DNA of 64,000 nucleotides from assembly GCA_963833095.1 (NCBI GenBank), contig CAWHWQ010000005.1, positions 448,001 through 512,000 on the forward strand. Direction: 5' to 3'. This stretch comes from Vulcanimicrobiota bacterium. Its GTDB lineage: Bacteria; Vulcanimicrobiota; Vulcanimicrobiia; Vulcanimicrobiales; Vulcanimicrobiaceae. Under the pieces are notes generated by a model, which had not been told where the DNA came from, searched no databases, and saw only the letters and a list, made by a program, of their open reading frames with translations. The translations under genes and the position numbers were made by a program. Position 1 is the stretch's first letter. Each line of letters begins with the position of its first letter. Of this stretch, positions 47,816-61,920 are shown in pieces.

Positions 47816-49022
47816 TGATTACATCGAAGAAGCGATGCCGTGCTGTTGGCCAACAAAATGCGTCGCTGCTGACGATCACTGGGTCTGATCATCGGCGTCG
47901 CGGCCGTGATTGCGATCCAAGTGCTCGGAGCGAGCATGGCGGGCGCGATCAACGGGCTGCTCGGCGGCATGTCGCCGACAACTCGCTTCATCATCTTCCC
48001 GAACTCGCCGCAAGCGCAACGTCGTCCAGGCAGCGATTAAAACTGAGCGACTTGCAGACGATCATGGCGCGAGGTCCCCGGCATCACCTCGACGCCGTTC
48101 CACTCGGCGGCGTCAGCCGACTCGTGCGCCACGGTCACAACACCGGAACGCTCATCGCTCTCGCCGGAAACCGCGATTCCGCTTACGACAACCTGCCGCG
48201 TCTACGGCCGGCATATCGAGTCAAGACGACATCGATGCCGCGCGCACAACGTAGCCGTCATCTACGACGAACGTACCGGCTCTTTCCTGAAGGCGGCGAT
48301 CCGACCGGGGAGAGCATCTATGCCGGGCCGAACCGCTACGTGATCGTCGGCGTGCTTGCAGAGCCGCGAGCAGGGTTGCTCAACGCAACGTTTGGCGGCG
48401 ATGTTGCGATCCCGTGGACGACGTACTTGCGTCAGTACATCCGCGGAGATCGCATCTTCGCCGCGCGCTTCATCGTGGAGGACGCAGATCGACCATGCCC
48501 GCAACCGAGGCCGCCGTGATCAACAAGATCCGCGCGCTGCGCAAAGTAGGCACCGACTTCGCAGTATCAAACCTTCGACAAGGCGCAATTCACCCAAGGC
48601 ATCAACGGCGTCTTCGGCGCGATGACGCTCATCGTCGCCCTGATCGGCGCGGTCTCGCTGCTCGTCGCCGGCATCGGCATCATGAACATCATGCTGGTTT
48701 CGGTCGCCGAGCGAACGCGCGAGATCGGCGTACGCAAAGGCGATCGGCGCGCGCCGTGGCAGATTCTCGCGCAGTTCTTCATCGAAGCGCTGCTGCTGTG
48801 CGCGCTCGGGCTGCGCGATCGGCTGGGCGATCGGGCTCTTGGCATCGGCGGCTCGTCAATGACGTCTTGCGATCGTCAAAGTCACCGGATACATCGCGCC
48901 GCTGCCGTGGCTCCAAGCGTTCCTGATTGCGGCCGTCTTCGCGTCGTCGTAACGCTCGCGTTCGGCACCTATCCCGCCTTCCGAGCGGCGGCGCTCGATC
49001 CGATCGAGGCGCTGCGCTATGA

Positions 49023-49026
<4 letters not shown>
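47812..49026 (+). CDS. MacB/FtsX-family ABC permease 2 (indels)
   Basis: [39 protein letters not shown]. Confidence 0.88.
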
Positions 49027-49732
<706 letters not shown>

Positions 49733-49759
49733 CCAAAGGCTAGCTTTATAGCCCCGTGA

Positions 49760-49785
49760 GGAACGCTCTGAAACCAACCATCGTT
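49760..49785 (+). promoter_or_regulatory. ECF-sigma-type promoter candidate upstream of htrA
   Basis: GGAAC-N17-CGTT. Confidence 0.5.
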
Positions 49786-49836
49786 TTGCGGGTAGAAATA
49801 GCCTCAAGAATAATCTTCCCCTCAGATTGGAGAATC

Positions 49837-51066
49837 GTGAAGAATCGCGTATTGCCCACAGTCATCGTCGGCCTCGTCGGGCGCCATCCTCGGCAGCTTC
49901 CTCATGATGCTCTACGCGAGCACGCACTTCGCCAATGTCGCGGGGCCGGACCATACGCCGCCGGCCGTCGCCGCCGCTCCGCTCAACGGCGTCAGCGATC
50001 AAGATCGCATCGTCAGCGCCGTCAAGCGCACGAAAGCGTCGGTCGTCGCGATCACCGAGACGATCAACGGCCAGCAAGTCGTTCCGCTCGACCCGTTCAT
50101 CCAGCAGTTTTTCGGCCAGCAGGGGCCGGGCATCGTCCAGCACTACAAGGGGCAAGCCTCCGGTTCGGGCTTCGTCTACGACGACCAAGGGCGACATCGT
50201 CACCAACGCGCACGTCGTAACCCGCCGCAGTGGCGCAAAGTCTCCAAGCTGACGGTCGTCTTTTCCAACGGCGATAAGGTGCCGGCGCACGTCGTCGCCG
50301 CGAACATCGGCGCCGACGTCGCGATCATCAAGAGTCGACGACTACGCGAAGCTCCCGCCGCCGCTTGACTTCGCCGACTCCGATCGGCTCGAGCAGGGCC
50401 AGTGGGCAATCGCCATCGGCGAGCCGCTCGAGCTGCAGCAGACCGTGACCGTCGGCGTCGTTTCGGCCTTCAACCGCGACGAACCGATCGCGACCGAGAA
50501 CGGCGGCGACGGCTATCGACTTCAAAGGCCTCCTCCAGACGTCGGCGCCGATCAATCCCGGCAACTCCGGCGGCCCGCTGATCGACATCGACGGCCGCGT
50601 GATCGGCATGAACCAGTCACCGATCGAATCGGCGTACGCCCAAGGCATCGGCTTCGCGATCCCGTCGAACACCGTCCGCACCGTGGTCGCCGCAGCTCCA
50701 AGCAACCCGGGCGTCCATCAGGGCACCGACGCCGGCTTCATCGGCTCTGCACGGGTCGATCTCACGGCCGGTTTCCGCAATCAAACCGGCTACAACGGCC
50801 AAGGCGGCATCGGCGTCGGCCAAGTCTTCCCGGGCTCGCCCGCCGACAAGCCGGCACTCGAACCCGGCGACGTGATCCTCCAGGCCGACGGCAAGCCCAT
50901 AACCACGGCGACGCGCTCGCAACTACATCGCCTCCAAGAAGCCCGGCGACACCATCCGCCTCGAAGTCTGGTCGCAAGGCGTCAAGAAATTGTCGCCATC
51001 AACCTCGAGGAACGCCCGGCCGACCAAGTCGGCGCCCCCCAACAGGGCAACGGCCAGGGTCCTTAG
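49837..51066 (+). CDS. HtrA/DegP-like serine protease with PDZ domain (indels)
   Basis: [44 protein letters not shown]. Confidence 0.9.
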
Positions 51067-51081
51067 ACAAAGACTAAAAAC

Positions 51082-51170
51082 CGAAGGACGCGACATCCGA
51101 GGCACCCTTCGAAGCAAGCATAAGCAAGAAAGCGAGCGGAGCAGGGTGCCTCGGGGCGTCGCGCCCTTCG
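51082..51170. repeat. Long intergenic inverted repeat (REP/MITE-like)
   Basis: CGAAGGACGCGACATCCGAGGCACCCT ... AGGGTGCCTCGGGGCGTCGCGCCCTTCG, about 27-bp arms around a purine-rich loop. Confidence 0.7.
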
Positions 51171-51428
51171 TGTAGGACCCACCTGCAACCGGCCTCTTCC
51201 GTTTGGTGTTGGAAACAACAGACCCGTCCTCGTGTATGATGGTGGGTACTACGACTGCGTGAGCCCGTAAGCGGCAAGGCAGACTTCGCCCTCGTTTCGC
51301 ATCCCCGAATCCATGTGACTGTTGCACTTACCTCGGTGCACACTCGCCTCGGCTAAGGTTGCGGCGAGTGCCCGCAGAGAAGCTGGTCCGGAGCCCCCGC
51401 AGACATATTTTCGAGAGGTAGTATTTAC

Positions 51429-53293
<1,865 letters not shown>

Positions 53294-53297
53294 CTCC

Positions 53298-53388
53298 TTG
53301 TCATCCCGAGCGTAGCGAAGCGTAGTCGAGGGACCGGCGTTAGCTGCCCTTCGACTACGGTGCTTCGCACCTACGCTCAGCGTGACAA
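53298..53388. repeat. Palindromic REP-like element between dnaK and grpE
   Basis: TTGTCA..GAGCGTAG..GCGAAGC..GTAGTCGAGGG paired with CCCTTCGACTAC..GCTTCGC..CTACGCTC..TGACAA. Confidence 0.72.
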
Positions 53389-53400
53389 AGACTCTTTGAT

Positions 53401-53929
53401 ATGATGAACGATAACGAATTATTGACTGAAGCCGGTGAAGCGACGCTCGATCCTCCCGCGGGATCGACCGGCGATCTGCGCACGCAGCTCGCCGCGGCAA
53501 ACGCCAAAGCCGACGAAAACTACAACAAGTTTCTGCTCGCGATGGCCGATTTCGAGAACTACAAGAAGCGGATGGAGCGCGACATCGACTCGATCGTCAC
53601 CTCGCATCGCCGGAAGCTGCTCGAACGCTTTCTTCCCGTGCTCGACAACCTCGAACGCGCACTCGCATTCGATCAAGGCGGCGGCGACGGACTGCGCGGC
53701 GGCATCGAACAGACGCTGCGCGGGTTCGAAGCCATGCTCGCGAGCGAAGGCGTAAAGCCGATCGACGTCAAGGGCAAACCGTTCGATCCGCGCATCGCCG
53801 AAGCGATCGGTACGCTGCCGGCTCCGAAGGCGTCGCCGACGACACCGTCCTCGAGGTCGCCCAGAAGGGCTACACGATCGGCGACGAGGTGCTGCGCCTG
53901 CACAAGTCATCGTCGCCAAAGACGACTGA
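53401..53929 (+). CDS. grpE: Nucleotide exchange factor GrpE (indels)
   Basis: [31 protein letters not shown]. Confidence 0.92.
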
Positions 53930-54956
53930 TGAACTACAAGGACTACTACGCGGTTCTCGGCGTCCCAAAGAGCGCGGCGGAAAAAGACATCAAGTCCGCG
54001 TACCGCAAGCTCGCGCGCAAGTGGCATCCCGACGCGAATCCGGACAACCCCAAAGCGGCCGAGGAGAAATTCAAAGAGATCTCCGAGGCCTACGAAGTGC
54101 TCGGGCGATCCCGAGAAGCGCAGGAAGTACGACGTTCTCGGATCGATTGGCAGCGCGCCGCGCAACAAGCCGAGCAGCAGCGCCGGTATCACCGCACCAC
54201 AGCGACAGCGACAACGATTTCGCGTTCGACTTCAGCGACGGCACGACGGGCGGCCGGCCAAGCGGATTCTCGGATTTCTTCGACATGTTCTTCTCGGGCA
54301 TCGGGCGGCGGCAAACGACGCAGACGCACCGACTTCGCGCAGCGCGGCCAAGATCTCGAAACGACGATCGAACTTGCGTTGCGCGACGTGTACGACGGCG
54401 GCAAGAAAGCCGTCGCGCTGCAGGTCGAAGACCTCTGCCCGCGCTGCCGCGGCACCGGCACCGATCAACGGCCGCCTCTGCCCGCAGTGCCACGGCACCG
54501 GCCGCGTCCTGGTCACCAAGAAGTTCGACGTTACGATTCCGAAAGGCATCCGCGACGGCCAGCGCATTCGCTTAGCGGGTCAAGGCGGCGTCGGCATCAA
54601 CGGCGGCCCGAACGGCGATCTGTACCTGATCGTCAAGCTGCTCGACGATTCGACGTACAAGCGCAAGGGCGACGATCTCTACGTCGATCTGCCGGTGAGC
54701 ATTTACGATCTCGTCCTCGGCGGCGAAGTCAAGGTGCCGACGATGGCCGGCCAAGTCGCGATGACGATTCCCGAAGGCACGCAGAACAACGCCTGCTGCG
54801 CCTGACCGGCAAAGGCATGCCCAAGGTCAAGGGCGGCGGGTGCGGGCGACCAATACGTTCGCCTCATCGGCCAGCTCCCGCAGAGCCTCACCGATAAAGA
54901 GAAGAAACTCTTCAAAGAGTTCGCGGGTCTGCGCAACGGCAAGAAGAGCCTCGTAG
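53929..54956 (+). CDS. DnaJ-class co-chaperone (CbpA-like, reduced zinc finger; indels)
   Basis: [22 protein letters not shown] and [25 protein letters not shown]. Confidence 0.88.
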
Positions 54957-54964
54957 GAGGCGCC

Positions 54965-55334
54965 ATGATCAAGGATATCGCTTTCACCGCGTACCCGTCG
55001 AACAACGTAAAGTCGACCCGTGAGTGGTACGAAAAGATGCTGGGCCTCAAGTTCAGCGGTGCATTCGAAGAGAACGGCGTCGAGAAATATAACGAGGCGC
55101 ATGTCGGCAATGCATACTTCAGCCTCATGACGTCCGAATGGGTCCAGCGCGAGCCCGGAACCGGTGTCGGCGTTGCATTTGAAGTCGACGACATCGAGGC
55201 GACGGTCGAAGTCTCTGCGTGATAGCGGTGTTGCCGTTGACGACATCTACAGCACCCCCGTATGCAAGGTTACGTCGTTCGACGATCCCGAAGGCAACAA
55301 GGTGACGCTGCATCAAATCACGGTGCCGCACTAG
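54965..55334 (+). CDS. VOC/glyoxalase-family protein (indels)
   Basis: WYEKMLGL, VAFEVDDIEA, DPEGNKVTLHQ. Confidence 0.82.
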
Positions 55335-55360
55335 ACGATGTTTGCCGGCCACGGGTTGAT

Positions 55361-57146
55361 GTGGTCGAACAGTACTCGCCCGATAAACCGAGAATTCGGC
55401 GCAAGGTCGACTGGCGGCGCATCGGCGCGCTGTTTCGCCCCTATTGGCGCGAGCAGTCCGTCGTTTTCGGCTGCATCGTCATCTCAGCGCTGCTCGGTTT
55501 GATTCCCGGCTTCATGACCGCGCGCATCATCGACGTCGCGATTCCGCAGAAGGACTTTCGCGAACTCACGATCGACGTCGGCGTCATCCTGGCAACGGCG
55601 CTCCTCTCGATGGGATTCGGCGTAGCTGCAGGGTTATCTGAACTCGCTGGTCGGCGAGGGCATCATGCGCGACATCCGCACGCGGCTCGTCTCGCATCTG
55701 CATCGCATGCCGCTCTCCTTCTTCACCGGCACCAAGACCGGCGAAATCATGAACCGCGTCTCCAACGATGTCGACAACATCGACAACGTGGTAACCGGAA
55801 CGCTGACCACGATCATCACCAACGTCGTGATGATCCTCACGACGCTCGTCGCGATGTTCGTGTGGAACTGGCGCCTCGCGCTGGTTTCGCTGGTCGTCGT
55901 TCCGTTCATGATCCTGCCGCTCGGACCGGTCGGCCGGCGCATGTACGAGATTCGCAAGAAGACGCGCGAACAGCGCGATACGATCGAGTCGATCACGCAA
56001 GAAACACTCTCGATCTCCGGGATCACGCTGATCAAATCGTTCGCGCGCGAAGCCTACGAGCGCGCGCGCTTCTACGACGTCGGCACGCGACTCATGACCC
56101 TCGAGATCCGTCTCGCGATGGTCGGCCGATGGTTCCTCGCTTCGGTCACCGCGATGGTCATCGTCGGGCCGGCGCTCGTCTGGCTCGGCGGCGGCTGGCT
56201 CGCGCTGCGCGGCGCGATCGACAGTCGGCGTGATCGTCGCGTTCATCGGCTACATCCAAGGCCGACTCTACGGGCCGGCCGCGGCGCTGGTCGGCGTCCA
56301 AGTGCAGATCGTCAGCGCGCTTGCGGTCTTCGAGCGCATCTTCGACTACCTCGACATGAAAACCGAGGACTACGATCCGCCCGGAGCCGTCGTGCTCAGC
56401 GATATTCGCGGCGAAGTGCGGTTCGATCGACGTCACATTCGGCTACGATTCGGACCGCGTGATCCTCCACGACGTTTCCTTCGACATCGAACCCGGACAG
56501 ATCGCGGCGTTCGTGGGTCCGTCGGGCGCCGGCAAAATCGACGATCACCCAGCTCGTTCCGCGCTTTTACGATCCGCAACACGGTCGCGTACTGGTCGAC
56601 GATCACGACGTCAAGACGTTAACGCTCGAATCACTGCGCGCTGGAATCGGCATCGTCACGCAAGAGACGTATCTGTTCCACGACACGATCGCAGCGAATC
56701 TACGCTACGCCAAACCCGACGCAAGCGACGACGAATTGATCGCGGCGTCGCGCAACGCGAACATACACGAGTTCATTACGACGCTGCCCGCTGGGCTATG
56801 AAACGATCGTCGGCGAGCGCGGCCACAAGCTCTCGGGCGGCGAGCGTCAGCGCCTAGCGATCGCGCGCGTGTTGCTCAAGAATCCGTGCATTCTGATTCT
56901 CGACGAAGCGACCAGCGCGCTCGACTCGCACAACGAGGCCGCGATCCAAGATGCGCTCGACGTCGTGATGCGCGGCCGGACCAGCCTCGTCATCGCGCAT
57001 CGCCTCTCGACCATCGTCAACGCCGACGTGATCTTCGTCATTGAGAACGGTCGGATCGTCGAGAGCGGCTCGCATGCCGTGTTGCTCGCTCGCAACGGCG
57101 CCCTACGCGCGCCTCTACCGCACCCAGTTCCGCGACACGGCGATAG
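55361..57146 (+). CDS. Fused permease/ATPase ABC exporter (indels)
   Basis: TM domain ([15 protein letters not shown]), [36 protein letters not shown]. Confidence 0.9.
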
Positions 57147-57176
57147 CGACGTGATCTGGTTCACGCGCCCACCGTC

Positions 57177-57258
57177 ATGAAAGGAAGTGCTGTGGATTGC
57201 GGGGATCGCGACCGCGGTCGTTCTTGTATTTGTGATTTCCGTATTCTTCCGGAAGTAG
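57177..57258 (+). CDS. Small single-TM peptide candidate
   Basis: GTG at 57187 gives [26 protein letters not shown] at 57177 gives MKEVLW... if one A is an error. Confidence 0.45.
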
Positions 57259-57261
57259 CGC

Positions 57262-58141
57262 CTAGGAGTAGATCGGTTCGATCGATCCCATCTTCCCCGA
57301 CTGAAAATCGGCGAAGGCTTGCTCGAGTTCATCCGGCGTGTTCATAACGAACGGTCCGTAACGCACCATCGGCTCCTCGATCGGCTTGCCGGTGAGCATC
57401 AGGAACTCGAGCGGCTCGGTGCCTGCGTTTTCGACGGGGATCGTATCACCGTTGCGATCGAACACGATCGCCGCGCGTGCTGGATGCACGCGCTCCCCAC
57501 TAAAGCGCGCGTCGCCCGACATCAGGTACACGATCGCAGTGTGTCCGTCTTGCACCCCGTGCTCGATGCGCGCGCCGGGCTCGAGACGATAGTGCACGAA
57601 ACCAATCGGAATGCGCGTTTGCGCGGCACCCTTGACGCCTTGCACCTCGCCCGCGATCACGCGCGCCGTCGCAAGCCCGTCCGCGCTGCGCCACACCGGG
57701 ATCTGCGACGCGCGCACGTCTTGATAACGCGGACGCACGAACTTATCGACCTTGGGAAGGTTGATCCAAATCTGGAAGCCGTGCTGACGCCCGCCTTCGC
57801 GCATCATGCGCTCCGAGGGCATCTCGGCATGCACCACGCCGGCGCCGGCGGTCATCCACTGCACGTCGCCGGCACCGAATCTCGCCGCGATGGCCGGCCG
57901 AATCGGCGTGCTGATTCTCGCCTTCGATCACATACGTCACGGTCTCAAAACCACGATGCGGATGGTCGGGCGCGCCAATCGCCTCGCCGGGCGCGTAGAC
58001 GACCGGCCCGAGTTCGTCGATCAGCAGAAACGGATCAACTTGCATGACGCCTTGCACCGGAAATGGCCGGTGCACCAAAAAGCCGCCGCCCTCATGGAAA
58101 TCCTGGGCCGGCAGCACGAGAGAAACCTTGCGTTCTGACAT
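57262..58141 (-). CDS. Pirin-family protein (one indel near 57880)
   Basis: DPFLLID, HPHRGFETVTY, QWMTAGAGVVHAE, QIWINLP, YGPFVMNT. Confidence 0.92.
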
Positions 58142-58179
58142 AGCAGTCTTCATAACCCGCGCGCGGTTGCGGCGGGTTC

Positions 58180-58851
58180 CTACGCAACTCCCGCCGGGAT
58201 CTTCATCTCTTTGGGCGGATGCGGGACGTGCAGCTTGGCACCCGTCGCGGCCTGGACATCATCGACGGTTACGCCGGGGGCAACCTCGAGCAACACCAGC
58301 CCCCGCGACTCGACGTCGATCACGGCCAGGTCGGTGACGATCTTGTTGACCACGCCCTTGCCGGTCAGCGGCAGGCCGCAGTACTCGAGGATCTTGTGGG
58401 CGTTGCCTTTGGCAACGTGTTCCATCATGACGATGACGCGCTTGGCGCCATGGACGAGATCCATCGCGCCGCCCATGCCCTTGACCAACTTGCCCGGGAT
58501 CATCCAGTTCGCGAGGTCACCGTTTTGCGAAACTTGCATCGCGCCGAGCACGGCGAGATCGATGTGACCGCCGCGAATCATGCCGAACGAAAGTGCGGAG
58601 TCGAAGAACGACGCGCCGGGCAGTACCGTCACCGTCTCTTTACCGGCGTTGATCAGATCCGGGTCTTCCTCGCCTTCGTACGGATAGGGCCCCATGCCCA
58701 GAATGCCGTTTTCGCTTTGCAGCGTCACGGTGATGCCGGCGGGCACGTAGTTTGGAATCAGCGTCGGCAATCCGATGCCGAGGTTGACGTATTGTCCGTC
58801 CTGGAGTTCCAGCGCAACACGCGCGGCTAGCTGAGTACGTGTGAGCGGCAT
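58180..58851 (-). CDS. scoB: 3-oxoacid CoA-transferase subunit B
   Basis: [23 protein letters not shown]. Confidence 0.9.
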   Translation of the reverse strand: MPLTRTQLAARVALELQDGQYVNLGIGLPTLIPNYVPAGITVTLQSENGILGMGPYPYEGEEDPDLINAGKETVTVLPGASFFDSALSFGMIRGGHIDLAVLGAMQVSQNGDLANWMIPGKLVKGMGGAMDLVHGAKRVIVMMEHVAKGNAHKILEYCGLPLTGKGVVNKIVTDLAVIDVESRGLVLLEVAPGVTVDDVQAATGAKLHVPHPPKEMKIPAGVA

Positions 58852-59600
58852 TAGCGTTTCCTCGTTGTCACGCGTTCGATGCGTTTTCCTTGCGAACCGA
58901 CTTTGACGATGCGTTGCACGAAGATCCCGGGCAAGTGCACGCTTTCGGGATCGATCTCACCGGGTTCCACCAGCTCCTCGGTCTCGACGATCGTGATCTT
59001 GCCGGCCATTGCGCACAGCGGATTGAAGTTGCGCGTCGCCTTATGGAAGACCACGTTGCCAGCGGTGTCGGTAACCGACGCGCGCACGAGCGCGTAATCG
59101 CACACGATGCCGAGTTCCATCACGTAATCGCGCCCATTGAACTCGCGCGTATCTTTTTTCGGTGAGGCAATCGCGACCGACCCGTCGGTGTTGTACTTCC
59201 ACGGTAGACCGCCGTCCGCAACCAGCGTTCCGACGCCGGCCGGCGTGAAAAACGCTGGGATACCACAGCCGCCCGCGCGCAGCCGTTCGGCAAGCGTCCC
59301 CTGGGGGACCAATTCAACTTCGAGCTCGCCGCCGAGGTACTGGCGCTCGAATTCCTTGTTCTCCCCGACGTAGGAACCGGTCGTGCGGCGGATGCGCTTG
59401 TGGTCCAGCAGCACGCCAAGGCCCCAGCTGTCGACGCCGCAGTTATTTGACACGGTCACGAGGTCGCTTGCGCCCTGCTCGAAGAGCGCCTGGATGAGAT
59501 TTTCGGGAATGCCGTTGAGGCCAAAGCCGCCCACTGCGAGCGACGCGCCGCTGCGGATATCGGCGACCGCCTCCGCGCACGTCTGGAACACTTTGTTCAT
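58851..59600 (-). CDS. scoA: 3-oxoacid CoA-transferase subunit A
   Basis: [34 protein letters not shown]. Confidence 0.9.
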   Translation of the reverse strand: MNKVFQTCAEAVADIRSGASLAVGGFGLNGIPENLIQALFEQGASDLVTVSNNCGVDSWGLGVLLDHKRIRRTTGSYVGENKEFERQYLGGELEVELVPQGTLAERLRAGGCGIPAFFTPAGVGTLVADGGLPWKYNTDGSVAIASPKKDTREFNGRDYVMELGIVCDYALVRASVTDTAGNVVFHKATRNFNPLCAMAGKITIVETEELVEPGEIDPESVHLPGIFVQRIVKVGSQGKRIERVTTRKR

Positions 59601-59657
59601 GTCGGGCTATTGCGCCGATTGACGGAACGGCTCCCTCCCCCGTGGAAGCCTGGTGCC

Positions 59658-60824
59658 ATGAGCATTGCACCCCCTCGCACCGTCGATAGCGACGAAGAGG
59701 CCATGATCATCAATGTGGTGCGCGAACTGGTTGCGGAAAAAGTCGCACCGCGCGCCGCCGAGATCGATGAGACCGCCGAATTCCCGACCGACATCAAAGA
59801 GCTGTTCGCGCAGAACGACTTGATGGGTATCCCAATTCCCACCGAGTACGGCGGCCTAGGCGGCTCGTTCGTCACCTACGTCAAAGTGGTCGAAGAGATC
59901 GCAAAGGCCTGTGCGTCGAGTTCGTTGATCGTCGCGGTGCAAGAGCTTGGCATGCTGCCGATTCTGATCGGCGGCAGCGAGGAACAAAAGAAACGCTTCC
60001 TTCCCGACATTGCATCGGGCAAGAAGATCGCGGCATACGCCTTGACCGAAGCCTCGAGCGGTTCCGATGCGCTGGGTTCGATGCGCACGCGCGCCGAGCG
60101 TCAGGGCGACAAGTACGTGCTCAACGGCCAGAAGATTTGGATCACCAACGGCAGCGTCGCCGATGTCGTGTGCGTCTTTGCAGTCACTGATCCCGATGCG
60201 GGTTCGCGCGGCGTTTCGGCGTTTGTCGTCGAGAAGGGCACCAAGGGATTCAGCGTCGGCAAGAAAGAGAAAAAGATGGGCATCCGCGGTTCACCCACCG
60301 TGGAGCTCGTCTTTGACGACTGCGACGTGCCGGCCGCGAATCGCTTGGGCGAAGAAGGCGAAGGTTTCAAGATCGCGATGAAGGTGCTGGATAAATCGCG
60401 GCCCGGCATCGCCGCGCAAGCGCTCGGCATTGCCGCCGGCGCGCTCGAGTATGCAGTAAACTACGCCAAAGAGCGCGTCGCGTTCGGTAAGCCGATCGGC
60501 CAACATCAGGGCCTGGGATTCATGCTCGCCGATATGAAGACCGAGGTCGAGTCAGCTCGGCTACTGCTTTACGAAGCGGCGCGCAAATGCGACGAGGGTA
60601 CACCCGATGTCTCGCTCTGGGCCTCGATGGCAAAACTCAAGTGCGGTGATGTGGCGATGTCGGTGACGACCGATGCGGTGCAAGTGCTTGGTGGATTTGG
60701 GTACTCGTCGGAATACCCGGTCGAGCGGATGATGCGCGACGCAAAAATCACGCAAATTTACGAGGGAACCCAGCAAATTCAGCGCTTGGTGATCTCTCGT
60801 GCCCTCGTCGGCAAGGGAAAATAG
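59658..60824 (+). CDS. Acyl-CoA dehydrogenase
   Basis: ALTEASSGSD, GQKIWITNG, KMGIRGS, QVLGGFGY, IYEGTQQIQR. Confidence 0.93.
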   Translation: MSIAPPRTVDSDEEAMIINVVRELVAEKVAPRAAEIDETAEFPTDIKELFAQNDLMGIPIPTEYGGLGGSFVTYVKVVEEIAKACASSSLIVAVQELGMLPILIGGSEEQKKRFLPDIASGKKIAAYALTEASSGSDALGSMRTRAERQGDKYVLNGQKIWITNGSVADVVCVFAVTDPDAGSRGVSAFVVEKGTKGFSVGKKEKKMGIRGSPTVELVFDDCDVPAANRLGEEGEGFKIAMKVLDKSRPGIAAQALGIAAGALEYAVNYAKERVAFGKPIGQHQGLGFMLADMKTEVESARLLLYEAARKCDEGTPDVSLWASMAKLKCGDVAMSVTTDAVQVLGGFGYSSEYPVERMMRDAKITQIYEGTQQIQRLVISRALVGKGK

Positions 60825-60981
60825 AGGCCGAACATAGCGCGAGCGAAGCCTGGAGGGTAGGGCTCGCTTGCTGCGAACTTCCTGAACCGTTGTTGCGTTT
60901 TTAGGACGTAACGGAGCACACGATGCGGCCTTCTCACGCCGCAAGACGTTCCCGTATTTTGCTATGGAAGGAGGTACTACC

Positions 60982-61320
60982 ATGACCAAGACCCTCGCAT
61001 CGCTCCTCGCAGCGGCGTTCCTGATGACCGCCCCCGCGATGGCTGCAAGCCCCGCCCCCAAGGCATCAGCCAAAGCCGCTTCGTCGATGAAGTCGACCAA
61101 GCCGGCCGCTAAACCGGCTGCAAAACCGGCTGCAAAACCGGCTGCAAAACCGGCCGCAAAGCCGGCGCCGAAGGCGACCAAGAAGCCGCGTCTCCAGAAG
61201 ACGGCGGCTACCGCGAAGCCCATGGCGACCAAAGCTCCGGCCAAGTCGTCGATGAAGTCGACCAAACCGGCCGCGAAACCGGCCGCAAAGCCGGCGCCGA
61301 AGGCGACCAAGAAACCGTAA
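60982..61320 (+). CDS. Secreted Lys/Ala/Pro-rich (PAAK-repeat) protein
   Basis: AAGGAGGT SD; signal peptide MTKTLASLLAAAFLMTAPAMA; 12-bp tandem repeats AAACCGGCYGCA. Confidence 0.8.
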   Translation: MTKTLASLLAAAFLMTAPAMAASPAPKASAKAASSMKSTKPAAKPAAKPAAKPAAKPAAKPAPKATKKPRLQKTAATAKPMATKAPAKSSMKSTKPAAKPAAKPAPKATKKP

Positions 61321-61340
61321 CCCTCGTTCTTATCCATCCT

Positions 61341-61377
61341 ATGACGGCGCAGTCGTACGACTGCGCCGTCATTTTTT
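61341..61377 (+). terminator. Intrinsic terminator
   Basis: Perfect 32-nt palindrome ATGACGGCGCAGTCGT|ACGACTGCGCCGTCAT followed by a T-run. Confidence 0.85.
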
Positions 61378-61392
61378 GGTAGCCTAAAAACA

Positions 61393-61920
61393 ATGGCCGA
61401 CCGCGCAGATCCAATGAAACCCGAGTTCACTGCCCAAAACCCGATCGTCGAAGCCGCAACGCGCCTTCGCGCGCGGCGCGACATCGGCCGCGCGATCGAC
61501 GGCCCCGGCGATGCGCAACGTGAAGAGGTTCCGCAGGACGCGGAAGCTTCGCTGCAGCTCTTCCATCGCCGGCTGCTCGACGGCGCGAAACGCCTTGAAT
61601 CGATCCTCGGAAAAGGAGCGTTGAAAATCGTCCGGCTGGAGAAGCCGCTGCGCGTACGCGTGCGTTTCGGCGAGCAACGCGTCAGCCTCGATCTCGATGA
61701 CGTGCATCAACTGGTGCGCATCACCGGCGCGGGGCTCGACGGCGAATATCAGTTTGATATGGCAGCGTCAACCCCGGCACTCATCAATATCTCCAAGATC
61801 TCGACCGAGGCAGGCTACGGCGAGGCGCTTACCGCTTCTTCTTTGTTGAAACTGATCGCGCAGGACGCCGAGTTGCCGCGGCCTTCGCACTTGGACGGAT
61901 CCGGCCCGCTGCCGTTGTAG
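61393..61920 (+). CDS. Hypothetical protein
   Basis: 175-aa ORF with protein-like composition and host-like codons. Confidence 0.65.
   Translation: MADRADPMKPEFTAQNPIVEAATRLRARRDIGRAIDGPGDAQREEVPQDAEASLQLFHRRLLDGAKRLESILGKGALKIVRLEKPLRVRVRFGEQRVSLDLDDVHQLVRITGAGLDGEYQFDMAASTPALINISKISTEAGYGEALTASSLLKLIAQDAELPRPSHLDGSGPLPL

Noticed and set aside
51339..51372. CIRCE element upstream of dnaK
   Set aside because: CACTC...GAGTG arms are present, but the spacer is far longer than 9 nt and the TTAG/CTAA flanks are absent
61100..61170. CRISPR-like repeat array
   Set aside because: 12-bp in-frame coding tandem repeats with no spacers and no cas genes
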